From contig OY782041.1 of the NCBI GenBank assembly GCA_963677595.1, positions 1,312,001-1,376,000 of the forward strand: 64,000 bases of DNA. The letters run 5' to 3'. Below, piece by piece: positions 47,888-58,876 of the stretch. Within the stretch, counting starts at the first letter, position 1; every line of letters starts with the position of its first letter. Made by a program: the position numbers and the translations under genes. The notes under the pieces are model-generated. The model was not told the DNA's origin. It searched no databases and was given only the letters and a program-made list of their open reading frames with translations. The stretch comes from Spirochaetia bacterium. GTDB taxonomy: Bacteria; Spirochaetota; Spirochaetia; CAKZLE01.

Positions 47888-49252
47888 ATGAGTGCTGCTG
47901 AAGGGAAAGTCCCAAGACGGGAGAAGTTCGCTTACGGGATCGGATGTCTCGGCCAGAACATGATCTACACGTTCTTCGGCAACTTCCTGCTCTATTTCTA
48001 CACCGAGATCTTCGGGCTGCTGCCCGCGGCAGCAGGGCTCCTGCTCCTGATAGCCAGGATCTGGGACGCGGTGAATGACCCCATGATGGGAGTCATCGTG
48101 GACCGTACCCGCTCCCGGTGGGGCAAGTTCCGCCCCTACCTCCTCTTCTCCCCGATCTTCTTCGCCGTCATCGCTGTCCTCTGCTTTGCCGTCCCACCCT
48201 TCGATGCGGCCGGGAAGCTCGTCTATGCCTACATCACCTATATCCTCTTCGGCATGATCTACACCGCTTCCGATGTCCCCTACTGGGCCATGTCGGGAGC
48301 GATCACGGTGGATGCCGGTGAACGCAACTCCATCGTCATGATCCCGAGGTTCGTCGGGACCGTCGGGGCGGCGGCAGCCACGATCGGCACCCTGCCGCTG
48401 ATCTACCTCTTCCGTGACATGCGGGGCGGGAACATCGCCGCCGGCTACCGGTTCACCGCGGCCTTCTACGGCATCATCACCGTCGGGTGCTTCCTCATCA
48501 CCTTCCTCAAGGTCAGGGAGCGGGTCACCACGACGAACAGGGAGAAAGCATCGGCGAAGACCATCTTCCAGGCGATCTTCCAGAACAAGCCCCTGCTGAT
48601 CGTCATCCTCTCCGGGTTCTTCTCCGGGATGGCCCAGACGGCGAAGCTCCAGGCACTCATCTATTATGCAGCCTATAACCTCAACAACGAGGGGCTCTAT
48701 ACGCTCTTGGTCGGGATCAACATCCCCTTCCTCTTAGTCGGGATCCTGCTCGTCCCCTTCTTCACGAAGCGGCTTGGCAAGAAGGGCACCTACATCGCGT
48801 CGAACATCGTGTACGCGGTCTCTTCCATAGGCTTCTTCTTCTCCGGCTGGGACAACTTCGCCCTCATCGTCATCTGGAACTGCCTCGGCTCCTTCGCCAT
48901 GGGGATCCCGCTCGTGATCCAGACCTCGATGATCGCAGACACCATTGAGTATGCTGAGCTGAGGACCGGCGATCGCTCAGAGGGGACCATCTTCTCCACC
49001 CAGACCTTCCTTGCCAAGCTCACTGCGGCAGCCACGTCCGGGACCATCGGCGTCCTGCTCGCTATCCTCGGATTCACCTCCGGGGAGACCCAGAGCCAGT
49101 CGGTCCTCCAGGGGATCCACGGGCTCACCTCCCTCCTGCCCTTCTTCGCGAGCATCCTCGCCTTCATCAGCATGATCTTCTACCCACTCACCGAGAAGGA
49201 GCATGCGAAGATCGTCGAGGAGCTCGAGAAGCGCAACATGATCAAGGACTGA
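47888..49252 (+). CDS. Glycoside-pentoside-hexuronide (MelB-like) MFS transporter
   Basis: WDAVNDPMMG..DRTRSRWGKFRP, ADTIEY. Confidence 0.92.
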   Translation: MSAAEGKVPRREKFAYGIGCLGQNMIYTFFGNFLLYFYTEIFGLLPAAAGLLLLIARIWDAVNDPMMGVIVDRTRSRWGKFRPYLLFSPIFFAVIAVLCFAVPPFDAAGKLVYAYITYILFGMIYTASDVPYWAMSGAITVDAGERNSIVMIPRFVGTVGAAAATIGTLPLIYLFRDMRGGNIAAGYRFTAAFYGIITVGCFLITFLKVRERVTTTNREKASAKTIFQAIFQNKPLLIVILSGFFSGMAQTAKLQALIYYAAYNLNNEGLYTLLVGINIPFLLVGILLVPFFTKRLGKKGTYIASNIVYAVSSIGFFFSGWDNFALIVIWNCLGSFAMGIPLVIQTSMIADTIEYAELRTGDRSEGTIFSTQTFLAKLTAAATSGTIGVLLAILGFTSGETQSQSVLQGIHGLTSLLPFFASILAFISMIFYPLTEKEHAKIVEELEKRNMIKD

Positions 49253-49319
49253 GGGTCTTATAGCAGATCGGGCTGTCTCCCTGCTTGAGTCAGCTGCAGT
49301 TTCCCACTACAATAGCGCC

Positions 49320-51476
49320 ATGGAACTCATGGCACCGGCAGGTGACTTTCAATCTGCATACCAGGCACTGACTCACGGTGCGGATGCGGTCTATCTCGGG
49401 CTGCAGGAATTCTCCGCACGGAAGGCAGCAAAGAACTTCTCCCTCGATGAAGTACGCAGGATCGTGCAGTTCGCCCATGAACGCGGTCAGGCTGTCTACC
49501 TGGCCATGAACACCCTCGTGAAGGAGGCCGAACTCACACCTCTCATCGAACTGCTCCATCATGTCTCCCTGCTCGGGACCGACGGCATCATCGTCCAGGA
49601 CCTCGGCCTGGCCAGGGTCATCAAAGACCATTTCCCTTCCCTGAAGCTCCATGGGTCAACCCAGATCGCGGTCCATAACGCAAGCGGGGTGCGCTTTCTC
49701 CAGGGGATCGGGTTCACCCGCGTCGTCCTGGCACGGGAACTCACCATGCAGGAGATCTCTTCCATACGGGAGGAGTGCCCCGATGTCGAGCTGAAGATCT
49801 TCATCCACGGGGCCCTCTGCTACAGCATCTCCGGCATGTGCCTTGCCTCTGGCATGATCCTCGGAAGATCCGGAAACCGGGGAGCCTGCGGACAGATCTG
49901 CAGGACCTTCTCAGAAGTATCCTCTCTTGACGGTGCAGGCCCGTACGGGTACTTCTTCTCGATGAAGGACCTCTCCCTGAACGAGCGGGTACGTGAACTG
50001 CAGGAGATCGGGATCGACTCCCTCAAGATCGAGGGGAGGATGAAGTCCCCGAGCTATACAGCAGAGGTCTCTGAGATGTACCGGGCCATCCTGGATGGGA
50101 AGAAGTATGATCCCGACCGGGCAGACCTGGCTTTCTCACGGGTCTCAGCCGCAGGCTGGGCCGGGGAGTACCACCGCCCCGACCGGGCAGACCTCGACAC
50201 ATCCCTGGTCAACCCCACCTTCAGCGGCCATACGGGAATCGAGGCGGGAGTCATCACCGGACGGGATCGTGGTGCTGCCGTGATTCGGACCTCATGCCCC
50301 CTGGCAGTCCGAGACGGGGTACAGCTCCTCAAGGATGATACGAACCTGCCCGGGATCCAGAAGGCTATCCCATTCAGCATCTCGTCCATGAAAGACAGGA
50401 AGGGGAGACCAATCACCTCCTGCAGGAAGGGTGATATCATCTCCATCCCGGTCAGTGAACCTGTTACGATAGGAGAGACCCTCTATAAGATATCGGGGCA
50501 TGATTCAGATATGAAGCTGGTCAATCCCCTCTCTGTCAGTCCCTATTCCTACCCGGTCACCACGGAGATCACGATAGGCACCGATCGCTTGAGCCTCAGG
50601 ACCGGGATTCCTGCGATCGAGTTCGAATGCAGCCATGAAGTGAGCCTCCTCATCGATGAGGCTAAGGCCCCCAGGCCGGTAGGCGGGATCCTGGACCAGG
50701 CCTTCTGCGTGTCAGACCCGCAGCTGCCGTTCCATACCGAATCTATCACGGTAGTGAACGATTCGACCTATCCTGATGACGGGATCTTCATCCCCCCGAA
50801 ACAGCTCAAGCAGGCACGAAGGGAATGGCATGTCCGCCTGAAGGAGCAGTTCGATATCCACGTGAGAGAACGGTCAGCTGTCCTGGCAGCAGAATGCAGG
50901 CAAGACGGTAGGTTTGTATCGGAACTGCCGAAACGGTCTCTGGTCACTGCTGAAGGGTATGTCACCGATGATTCGGTCTACCTCCCGCTCTCACCGGTCC
51001 AGTTCAGCGAACTGGACTTCACCAGGATTGACCGGAAGCTCGAGAGGCTTCGCACTACATACCCGGGAAAGAGTGTCATCGTCGGCATCAGCAACATCGG
51101 GCAGGTAGAGTGGTACACCAGACAGGATTCCATCTCCTGCTTCATCGACTACCACCTCTACTGTGCGAACTCACAGACAGCAGTTCTCTTCTCGGGGCAG
51201 CTGCATGACTGCATCGGGGCCTACTACTGGATCGAGGACAGAGACCGGCCAGTTCAGCCAGGCTATGACAGCTGGGGGATACCACTCTCCTATATCGATA
51301 CGAACTTCAACCCGCCGATCTTCATCACCCGTACCTGCTTCCGCAAGGACAGTCTCGACCAGTCCTGCAGCACGTGCAGGGGGAGATCCTATGACTATGA
51401 GCTGGAACAGAAGGGGCGGGACTTCCATGTCGAAGTTCGGGACTGCATGAGCTATGTCTATGTGAAGAAGCCGTAG
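49320..51476 (+). CDS. U32 family protein (RlhA/TrhP-like Fe-S hydroxylation factor)
   Basis: ELMAPAG, GADAVY, HGSTQ, HGALC..SG.C, NRGACGQICR, KIEGRMK. Confidence 0.88.
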   Translation: MELMAPAGDFQSAYQALTHGADAVYLGLQEFSARKAAKNFSLDEVRRIVQFAHERGQAVYLAMNTLVKEAELTPLIELLHHVSLLGTDGIIVQDLGLARVIKDHFPSLKLHGSTQIAVHNASGVRFLQGIGFTRVVLARELTMQEISSIREECPDVELKIFIHGALCYSISGMCLASGMILGRSGNRGACGQICRTFSEVSSLDGAGPYGYFFSMKDLSLNERVRELQEIGIDSLKIEGRMKSPSYTAEVSEMYRAILDGKKYDPDRADLAFSRVSAAGWAGEYHRPDRADLDTSLVNPTFSGHTGIEAGVITGRDRGAAVIRTSCPLAVRDGVQLLKDDTNLPGIQKAIPFSISSMKDRKGRPITSCRKGDIISIPVSEPVTIGETLYKISGHDSDMKLVNPLSVSPYSYPVTTEITIGTDRLSLRTGIPAIEFECSHEVSLLIDEAKAPRPVGGILDQAFCVSDPQLPFHTESITVVNDSTYPDDGIFIPPKQLKQARREWHVRLKEQFDIHVRERSAVLAAECRQDGRFVSELPKRSLVTAEGYVTDDSVYLPLSPVQFSELDFTRIDRKLERLRTTYPGKSVIVGISNIGQVEWYTRQDSISCFIDYHLYCANSQTAVLFSGQLHDCIGAYYWIEDRDRPVQPGYDSWGIPLSYIDTNFNPPIFITRTCFRKDSLDQSCSTCRGRSYDYELEQKGRDFHVEVRDCMSYVYVKKP

Positions 51477-52465
51477 ATCTCCTGCCCGCACTGGCTGCAC
51501 CTGCCCTCGGGTATCGTACGTTCCGCATCACTGGCGGCCTCCCCTGCATAGCTATGGCTTCGGATGAGCACGGTCCCGCATGAGGGGCAGACGGTCCTCT
51601 CATACCTGCGGTTACCGCTATTTCCCGCATAGATGAAGGGGATCCCCGATTCCTCGGCTATGCCCAGCATCCTCTCCAGGCAGGCTTCGGAGGTGGGCGG
51701 CCTATCAGCCATGCGGTAGTGTGGGAAGAACCTGGAAAGGTGCCAGATCTTCACCCCCGCATCATGGAGCTGCTTCCCAAGTGTCCTGACCATCGCCTCA
51801 GTGTGGATCCCCTCGATGATGAGCGTCGTCACCTCCACCACGGAGGCTGGATCGGCACTGATGCGCTCGACGGCATCCAGTACCGGAGTAAGGGAACCGC
51901 TGCAGTACTCCCGGTAGAATGGTTGGTCCCCCTTCACGTCTATATTGAACCCGTCGACCAGGGGCAGCACCCGCTCAAGAGAACTCTTCGAGAATGAACC
52001 GTTGGTCACCATGAGATTGTACCCGCCTGAAGCCTTGACCAACCTAGCGGTATCGAGCAGGTAGTCCTGCCAGACGACGGGGTCCGAGTAGGTGTAGCAC
52101 ATGAGATTCAGTCCCTTCTCCAGCATGAGGCTGTTCAGGCGCTCCGGTGAGACATAGGGGATCAACCCATCCTCCTGCACCCTGGAGGCATAGGGACTCT
52201 CAGGCTGGGAGATCTCGGAGTTCTGGCAGAAGTCGCAGCGGAAGTTGCAGCCGAACAGGGCTGCCGAAAGGGTCTTCTTTCCCGGGAACACATGGTAGAA
52301 GGGTTTCTTCTCGACCGGGTCGACCGAAGCGGAGATGACCCTGCCGTAGCCGACTGTGCGTAATTCATTGTCCCTCTGCTCCCGGACCCCGCAGAAACCA
52401 CGCCTGCCGGGAGCGATCCTGCACATACGGTAACAGAAGTCACATTGGAGCAGGGTCCCCTCCAT
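51458..52465 (-). CDS. amrS: AmmeMemoRadiSam system radical SAM enzyme
   Basis: N-terminal CxxC..C, DPVEKKP, GCNFRCDFCQN.EISQ; adjacent to amrA and amrB. Confidence 0.9.
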   Translation of the reverse strand: MEGTLLQCDFCYRMCRIAPGRRGFCGVREQRDNELRTVGYGRVISASVDPVEKKPFYHVFPGKKTLSAALFGCNFRCDFCQNSEISQPESPYASRVQEDGLIPYVSPERLNSLMLEKGLNLMCYTYSDPVVWQDYLLDTARLVKASGGYNLMVTNGSFSKSSLERVLPLVDGFNIDVKGDQPFYREYCSGSLTPVLDAVERISADPASVVEVTTLIIEGIHTEAMVRTLGKQLHDAGVKIWHLSRFFPHYRMADRPPTSEACLERMLGIAEESGIPFIYAGNSGNRRYERTVCPSCGTVLIRSHSYAGEAASDAERTIPEGRCSQCGQEIYGFFT

Positions 52466-52468
52466 GGG

Positions 52469-53050
52469 TCACTCGCTCTCCCCGAAGACCTCTGCCTGGA
52501 AGGTCTGGAACCGGCAGTCGGCCTCACGCCATGCGTCGGCGGACAGGCCTGCCTTCATCGAGAGGTGGGAGAGCATGGTCTCCAGATCCCAGCCCTGCTC
52601 AGTGGCGACCTGGGGAAGGAAGACGGCAACGCGGCCGTGGTAATCGAGGATGACCCCGTCGGTACCTAGGGAGATCTCCTCGATAGACGGTATATACTCT
52701 GGAGGGGTCAGGACTGAGATCTCCACGGAAAGCCAGGGGATCTCCTCCTCGGTGACCGGGGAGAACCTCGGATCATGGAAGGCGGACTCCACAGAGAGCC
52801 GTCTGACCCCCTCATAGAGGGGCTCCCTGCCGATGATCGAGCCGATGCACCCACGGAGACGCTCCCCGACGATCGGGTCGGTGAGCTTCAGGGTGACGAA
52901 GACCCCGCAGGACGTCGAAAGCTCAGGGTGCCTCTGGTAGATACGCTCGATGAGTTCCGGGCGATTGTCACAGTCTATGATCCCGAGCCTGCACTCGATC
53001 CTCTCCCGAGCTGTCTTCAGCAGCAGCTCCCGTACTTCTTCTTTCAGCAT
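52469..53050 (-). CDS. amrA: AmmeMemoRadiSam system protein A (AMMECR1)
   Basis: GVFVTL, LRGCIG, DPRF, EISVLT, FLPQV. Confidence 0.92.
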   Translation of the reverse strand: MLKEEVRELLLKTARERIECRLGIIDCDNRPELIERIYQRHPELSTSCGVFVTLKLTDPIVGERLRGCIGSIIGREPLYEGVRRLSVESAFHDPRFSPVTEEEIPWLSVEISVLTPPEYIPSIEEISLGTDGVILDYHGRVAVFLPQVATEQGWDLETMLSHLSMKAGLSADAWREADCRFQTFQAEVFGESE

Positions 53051-53075
53051 GTGTATAAACCTTCCTGTTCTTGTG

Positions 53076-53972
53076 CTATTCCCAGAATACCGTGCAGTAT
53101 GAGACGAAATCAGGCAGCGGTACCTTCGCCAGATCGTTCGAGCTGTAGTAATCGACTACGACTCCCGTCAGTCCAAGTACCCGTGCGACCTCCGAGAGCA
53201 GGAGCGCCGGGGCGAACCCGCAGATCGTGGGATGTTCATCATAATAGCGCTGCAGCAGCTCATCTATCTTGCCGGCAGCGAAGCCGTCGGCAAAGGATCG
53301 GTCATGCTCCTCGACGGAGGAGAGGATGGATCCGATGTCATCGGATCCATAGGGGGTATGGCCGAAGCGTGCCCCGTAGTGGGTGAAGTCAGAGCTGGCG
53401 ATCAGCACGGTCTTCCCGCTTAGGATCGACTCCTTCCCCACCCCCTCGAGCAGGTGGGAGGCGATCTCGCGTACGACATCCCCGGAACTGAAGGAAGAGA
53501 CGAGCATGAGGGAGACCGAGATAGGCTTCCCGCGCAGCTCGACGATCCGTGCAATGAACGGCAGTGCCATCTCCACGGCATGCTCCTCACCAACGGCACG
53601 AGGGCTGCAGCTCTTCATGGAGTCGGGGAATGCATCGCACATCGGGACGCAGGGCAGTTCTGCCAGCGGTGTCTCGAGTGCGGTGTAGTCAGCTGAGGTA
53701 ATCGTGTCAGATTCAAGATAGGCATAATGGGACGGGGCGATGATGCAGATCCGTTCTGTCTCTTCGGGCAGGTTGTTGAAGAACCGTGCGATCCCCTTCC
53801 CGGAATAGTAGAGCCCCGCATGGGGGAGGACCCCCATCCTGACCTGGTAGGAGTCGATATCGGAAGCAGAAGCGGCAAGGTACCCGTCGATCTCCCGTCT
53901 GAGACTCTCCGCATCTCCTGCATACCAGGAGCCGGCATAACGGGCTTTCCTGCAAGGATTGTCAGTACTCAT
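53076..53972 (-). CDS. amrB: AmmeMemoRadiSam system protein B (MEMO)
   Basis: AGSWY, PHAG..YSG, EHAVE, SSDFTHYG, TICG. Confidence 0.92.
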   Translation of the reverse strand: MSTDNPCRKARYAGSWYAGDAESLRREIDGYLAASASDIDSYQVRMGVLPHAGLYYSGKGIARFFNNLPEETERICIIAPSHYAYLESDTITSADYTALETPLAELPCVPMCDAFPDSMKSCSPRAVGEEHAVEMALPFIARIVELRGKPISVSLMLVSSFSSGDVVREIASHLLEGVGKESILSGKTVLIASSDFTHYGARFGHTPYGSDDIGSILSSVEEHDRSFADGFAAGKIDELLQRYYDEHPTICGFAPALLLSEVARVLGLTGVVVDYYSSNDLAKVPLPDFVSYCTVFWE

Positions 53973-54045
53973 CTCGCACCTCCTGTGAACCTACTACCAG
54001 TATACAGTACCAAGCCATAATTCGTAAGAGATGGTGAAAAGAATT

Positions 54046-54957
54046 CTAATCGGTGATTGCCCCTTCCCGTGCCGAGAGCGCCTCATAGACCTTCCGGTTC
54101 ACGGGGACGTCAATCCCTGCCTGTGCTGCCTTCTCCAGGACGGTACCCGCGAAGAGTTCGAGCTCACTTCTCCTGCGGGCATCGAAGTCCTGGAGCATGG
54201 AGGTCCTCCCCTGCGGGTCGAGGGTCATCAGGAGTTCGATCCAGCGTGACAGGTCCTCTTCTTTCAGGGGATGCGCGGTGGATTCTGAGAGCCTCATGAC
54301 CTCGCGGCAGAGTTCGATCATGAGGTCCAGGGCCTCACCCCCGGCCTGGAACACCCCGAAGGGTGCATTCAGGTAGGCAGAGGCTTGGTTCACCCCGACA
54401 TTGACCATGAACTTCCACCACAGCTCATAGGCCATGTCTTCCGGCACAACTACCTCGACACCGGCAACCTGCAGATACGTCCTGATCTCAGCAACTCGCT
54501 GTGTCGGATGCGCAAGGGTATTGACCCTCTCCCCGAAGACGATGCGCCCCATGAGCGTATAGATGATGGAATTCCCTTCACGCCTGGCATCCTGCCCGAC
54601 GGTGAAGCCGTAGAGGACATGTTCATCCCCGTAGCGTTCGATCAGGATCTCCTCAGTGGCAAGACCGTTGAGGAGGGAGAGTATCTGTGTATGTTCCCCC
54701 ACCATCCTGTCAACGACTGGCAGGATCTCATGGAACTGATTGAACTTCACCGCGATGATGACCAGGTCATAGGGGGATGTTCCTTCATCGGTCGGGGGGA
54801 TCCATAACGTGTCATTGATCCGGATCCCGTCCCGTGCATACCGCCCGGCACGTTCGCCGTCAGCGATGATGCGGACGGTATCGTAGCTCCTGCACAGCAG
54901 TTCTCCCAGGGAGGCCCCGATAGCCCCCGCACCGATGATCGCGCAATTCCCTATCAT
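54046..54957 (-). CDS. panE: Ketopantoate reductase family protein
   Basis: GAGAIG, AVK, LNGL, WKF.VN, SMLQD. Confidence 0.85.
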   Translation of the reverse strand: MIGNCAIIGAGAIGASLGELLCRSYDTVRIIADGERAGRYARDGIRINDTLWIPPTDEGTSPYDLVIIAVKFNQFHEILPVVDRMVGEHTQILSLLNGLATEEILIERYGDEHVLYGFTVGQDARREGNSIIYTLMGRIVFGERVNTLAHPTQRVAEIRTYLQVAGVEVVVPEDMAYELWWKFMVNVGVNQASAYLNAPFGVFQAGGEALDLMIELCREVMRLSESTAHPLKEEDLSRWIELLMTLDPQGRTSMLQDFDARRRSELELFAGTVLEKAAQAGIDVPVNRKVYEALSAREGAITD

Positions 54958-54960
54958 GTA

Positions 54961-56322
54961 TTACACCCTCTTGGTAGTCCACTTCCCCCTGCGGAAAGCG
55001 ATGTAGATTACTATCAGCTCGATGATCTCACTGATCCAGAATGAGATCCAGACATAGATGAGCGGGGCTTTCACGATATAGACCATCACGGCCACGAACG
55101 GTAAGGTCACCAGCCACTTCGCTATGACGCAGCTGTAGAGGAACGGTATATTATGCCCGGCCCCGCTCATCGGCGATGCGATGCCGAACGCCGCGGCGGC
55201 TATGATCAATGACGGAGTAACGATCCTCAGCATGAGGATCCCCTCTGTCGTATCCTTCAGGTCAGTGATGAAGAGCCCCAGGATCGGCCGTGCGAAGATG
55301 CAAATGGCAAGTGTTATGAAGGCGGTGACAGCCATCCCGATCAATGATGCATGATACCCCGTATGCTTCGCCCTGTCCACCTGCTCAGCCCCGAGGTTCT
55401 GGCCGGCGATCGTGCCTGCCCCCATGCTGATGCCGAAGATGGGCATGAGCAGGAAGGAGTAGATCCTCGTCCCCACCCCGACCAGGGCCAATGCAGCGGT
55501 CCCATAGGCCCCGACGAACTTGATCAGGAGACTGTTCGCCGCATTGCGGAAGAGGATCTCAAGACCTGAGGGCAGGCCGATGAGGATGAGCTTCCGGTCG
55601 ATCTCGCCATCGAGGGTGAAGAGCCCACGGAGGGTGATCCTGATGGTCTTTGTTCCCCTGAACAGGATGATGAGCCCGACGATGAGGGCAAGGGAGAAGG
55701 AGATGTTGGTCGCCATCGCAGCCCCATAGAGGCCGAGACCCAGCCCTGGGATCGAGGTACCGGGTATGGTCTCGAACATGAGCAGGGGATCGAGCATGAT
55801 GTTCAGGAGGGCCGAGCCGATGAGCAGGTACATCGGGGTCTTCGCATCCCCGGTACAGCGGAAGATCGTGTTCACGCTGAAGGAAGAGAAGAAGATCGGC
55901 ATGAAGATGATCCGCGACCACCCGTAGTCGAGAGCGAGGGTAACGACCTCCCCGTCTGATGAGAAGAGGCCCAGCAGCGGCTTGACGGTCAGCCAGAGCA
56001 GGCCCGCAGCAAGCAGGCCGACGAGGAACTTGAAGGTGAGCGTCTGCTCCGAGGCCTTCCTCGTCCGTTCGGTGTTCCCCGCCCCGTATGCCTGTGAGAT
56101 CAAGGAGACCGAGCTCATACCGATGATGGAGTTGACGACCTCGAAGATCCAGAATAGCGAGACGAAGATGGTTACCGCAGCTACGGCACTGTATGAGATC
56201 CGGCCGATCCAGATCATGTCGACGATGTCATACAGCCCCTGGAACATCAGGCCGGACATCGTGGGCAGCGACATCCGCATGATATGCTTCGGGATGCTGC
56301 CCGTTCTCAGGTCCTTTTCCAT
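54961..56322 (-). CDS. MATE family efflux transporter
   Basis: 12 TM segments, YDIVDMIWIG, GDAKTPM, NIMLDPL. Confidence 0.92.
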   Translation of the reverse strand: MEKDLRTGSIPKHIMRMSLPTMSGLMFQGLYDIVDMIWIGRISYSAVAAVTIFVSLFWIFEVVNSIIGMSSVSLISQAYGAGNTERTRKASEQTLTFKFLVGLLAAGLLWLTVKPLLGLFSSDGEVVTLALDYGWSRIIFMPIFFSSFSVNTIFRCTGDAKTPMYLLIGSALLNIMLDPLLMFETIPGTSIPGLGLGLYGAAMATNISFSLALIVGLIILFRGTKTIRITLRGLFTLDGEIDRKLILIGLPSGLEILFRNAANSLLIKFVGAYGTAALALVGVGTRIYSFLLMPIFGISMGAGTIAGQNLGAEQVDRAKHTGYHASLIGMAVTAFITLAICIFARPILGLFITDLKDTTEGILMLRIVTPSLIIAAAAFGIASPMSGAGHNIPFLYSCVIAKWLVTLPFVAVMVYIVKAPLIYVWISFWISEIIELIVIYIAFRRGKWTTKRV

Positions 56323-56364
56323 ACACACTCCTGTTCACAAGATGACCAACTTCCAGTTATACAG

Positions 56365-56406
56365 AAAAAGCAGCCACATGTCACTACAAAATGACACATG
56401 ACTGCT
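56365..56406 (-). terminator. Rho-independent terminator after asd
   Basis: Minus-strand stem GCAGTCATGTGTCA / TGACATGTGGCTGC (with G-U pairs) followed by a T run. Confidence 0.65.
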
Positions 56407-56440
56407 TATAGATATATCTTGCGATAAGGAACGGTAAACG

Positions 56441-57460
56441 TTATTTCAGGCCATGGAGCTTAATAAACGCCTCAGCATTCTGGATGGAACCGCCTGCAGC
56501 TCCCTTCACAACGTTGTTGACCATGAGGGAGAACCCGATTCTTCCATTCTTCTTCTTCAGCCGGCCGGTATAGACGACCATCCCCTTCGGAGTACCCCAG
56601 AACGCGTACTTCGGCTGGGGGAAGGTGTTGTCAGCGTCGAAGATAACTGGTTTCACCGGTGATGACGGCAGGCCTGACTCCTCGACCACGAACTCGTCCC
56701 AAGCCTGGATGATGTCCTCCATCTCCACCTCGTTCTCGAAGGTGACCCAGACGGTCTCGAGGTGACCGAACATCACGGGGACTCGTACGCAGTATGCGTA
56801 GACATCGGGGTCGATCTCGAGGATCTTCTTGATCTCCTTCTCCATCTTCTCCTCTTCACCGCCGATGAAGGGGATCACGTTATCGGTGATGTCGAAAGAC
56901 GAAAGACCAGGGTATCCTGCACCGCTGACCGACTGGTAGGTCGACACGGAGATCTCCTTGATCCCGAACTGCTTGAGCGGTGCGAGCGCGATCGCGATAC
57001 CGGTTGTGGAGCAGTTCGCGTTGGTCACGATGAACCCTCCTTCCGGGTACCCCTGCTCCTTGATCAGGTCAAGGGAGCTCATATTAGCTTCAGGGATCAT
57101 GATCGGGACGTTCTTCTCATACCTCATGGCACCTGCATTGGAGAATACGTAGAAGCCGTTCTCCCGCAGTTCCGGTTCCGCTGTCTTCGCGACATCGGCA
57201 GGCATGGCTGAGAACACGATCTGCACCCCAGCTTCCTTCATCGCATCCATGTCATAGGCTTTGATCTCGATCGGCTTGATAGTCTCAGGGATCTCGAAGG
57301 GGATGACCCAGTGTACTGAGCTCCCATACCGCTGTCCGATCCTCGCAGCAGAAGCCGTGATATATTCGATATCGAACCAGGGATGCTTAGAGAGCATCCA
57401 CATGAACACCTGTCCTACTGCGCCAGTGGCACCAATAACCGCAACTTTGATCTTATCCAT
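56441..57460 (-). CDS. asd: Aspartate-semialdehyde dehydrogenase
   Basis: [37 protein letters not shown]. Confidence 0.93.
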   Translation of the reverse strand: MDKIKVAVIGATGAVGQVFMWMLSKHPWFDIEYITASAARIGQRYGSSVHWVIPFEIPETIKPIEIKAYDMDAMKEAGVQIVFSAMPADVAKTAEPELRENGFYVFSNAGAMRYEKNVPIMIPEANMSSLDLIKEQGYPEGGFIVTNANCSTTGIAIALAPLKQFGIKEISVSTYQSVSGAGYPGLSSFDITDNVIPFIGGEEEKMEKEIKKILEIDPDVYAYCVRVPVMFGHLETVWVTFENEVEMEDIIQAWDEFVVEESGLPSSPVKPVIFDADNTFPQPKYAFWGTPKGMVVYTGRLKKKNGRIGFSLMVNNVVKGAAGGSIQNAEAFIKLHGLK

Positions 57461-57661
57461 GGTGTCCTCCTCAAAAATTAGTCCTTACCATATTTCTTGT
57501 ATATTTATACGGTTTTATACTGCATTCAAACATAAAATGCAAGTAACGTTCTTAATGTGTTGCTATAATAACAGTATGTTATTTTTATTACAATATGTTA
57601 TTTCTGATTATTATACAAAGTTACCCTTTTCAGCAGAAATAGCATCTGTTATACTTAACGC

Positions 57662-58861
57662 ATGATAAGCAGTGGAAGGGCACATCTCCCGTTACATTCC
57701 GGTCACGTCCCCAAATGGCTCTATACCCGCATGGAACAGATCGGGCTTGCGATCACGGAGCTGATCATAGCGGAGTTCGGGACTTCAGGGTTCATCTCCC
57801 GTATGAGCGATCCCTTCTGGTTCCAGGCACTCGGCTGCGTCATGGGGATGGACTGGCACTCCTCCGGGATCACCACCTCGGTGATCGGTTCCCTGAAGCA
57901 TGCAGTCAACCCCCGCAGCAGCTCCCTCGGCCTCTATATCTGCGGAGGGAGGGGGACCTATGCACGGAAGACCCCCTCGGAACTGCAGCAGCTCAGTAAC
58001 CGCTTCTCCTTCGACCCTGCCCCCATGGTCACGGCCTCGAAGCTGACTGCGAAGGTCGACAACAACTGCCTCGGTGACGGCTACCAGATCTACCTCCACA
58101 GCTTCATCATCGACCGGGACCACCACTGGGCTGTCGTCCAGCAGGGCATGAACACTGATGAGAAGATGGCAAGGCGCTACCACTGGCATGGGGAGACGGT
58201 AGCCTCCTTCGTGGATGAACCCCATAACGGTATCGTGGGGCATCATGAGGGGGAGATCATGAATCTGACGGACCACCGGTCCGAAGACTCGCGAGATGCG
58301 GTCGTCGATTTCCTCAACCAGCACCCTGACCGGCAGGTGAAGGAACTCATCGCCTTGGGGTTTCCCGTGAAGCGCAACCTCCAGCGGGAGCTCTTCATGC
58401 CGGAACACCATGACGTGAGGCCTGCCGACGTCGATGCGGGGAGGCTCGGGGCGGTGCTTGCCGCGGCATATGAACGACAGCCAAAAAACCTCCAGGAGTC
58501 CTTACTCATCCCGGGTGTCGGACCACGCACGGTCCAGTCACTCGCCCTGGTGAGCGAGGTCGTCTATGGGAAGCCGAACCGCTTCTCTGACCCTGCACGC
58601 TTCTCCTTCGCCCATGGGGGCAAGGACGGCCACCCCTTCCCCGTCCCCCTGAAGACCTACGATGAATCGATCAGTATCCTGCAGAAGGCGGTGAACCAGT
58701 CGAAACTCGGGAACAGCGAGAAGGCTGAATCCCTGAGACGGCTCCATGCATTCACGTCCGAAGTCGAGAAGCGGCTCGACCCGATTGCCGATGTGGAGGC
58801 GGTGATCCGCCATGAACGGGCGATCTCATCGAGTCTCGGGGGAAGGACCTGTTTTGACTGA
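57662..58861 (+). CDS. DUF763 domain-containing protein
   Basis: LPLHSGHVP.WL, DPFWFQA.G..MGMDWHSSG, QQGMN, FAHGGKDGHPFPV. Confidence 0.9.
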   Translation: MISSGRAHLPLHSGHVPKWLYTRMEQIGLAITELIIAEFGTSGFISRMSDPFWFQALGCVMGMDWHSSGITTSVIGSLKHAVNPRSSSLGLYICGGRGTYARKTPSELQQLSNRFSFDPAPMVTASKLTAKVDNNCLGDGYQIYLHSFIIDRDHHWAVVQQGMNTDEKMARRYHWHGETVASFVDEPHNGIVGHHEGEIMNLTDHRSEDSRDAVVDFLNQHPDRQVKELIALGFPVKRNLQRELFMPEHHDVRPADVDAGRLGAVLAAAYERQPKNLQESLLIPGVGPRTVQSLALVSEVVYGKPNRFSDPARFSFAHGGKDGHPFPVPLKTYDESISILQKAVNQSKLGNSEKAESLRRLHAFTSEVEKRLDPIADVEAVIRHERAISSSLGGRTCFD

Positions 58862-58876
58862 GGTACAGGAGGATTC

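Noticed and set aside
57461-57661. AT-rich stretch as a possible origin or mobile element end
   Set aside because: Explained as a divergent promoter region between asd and DUF763; no DnaA-box array or terminal repeats seen.
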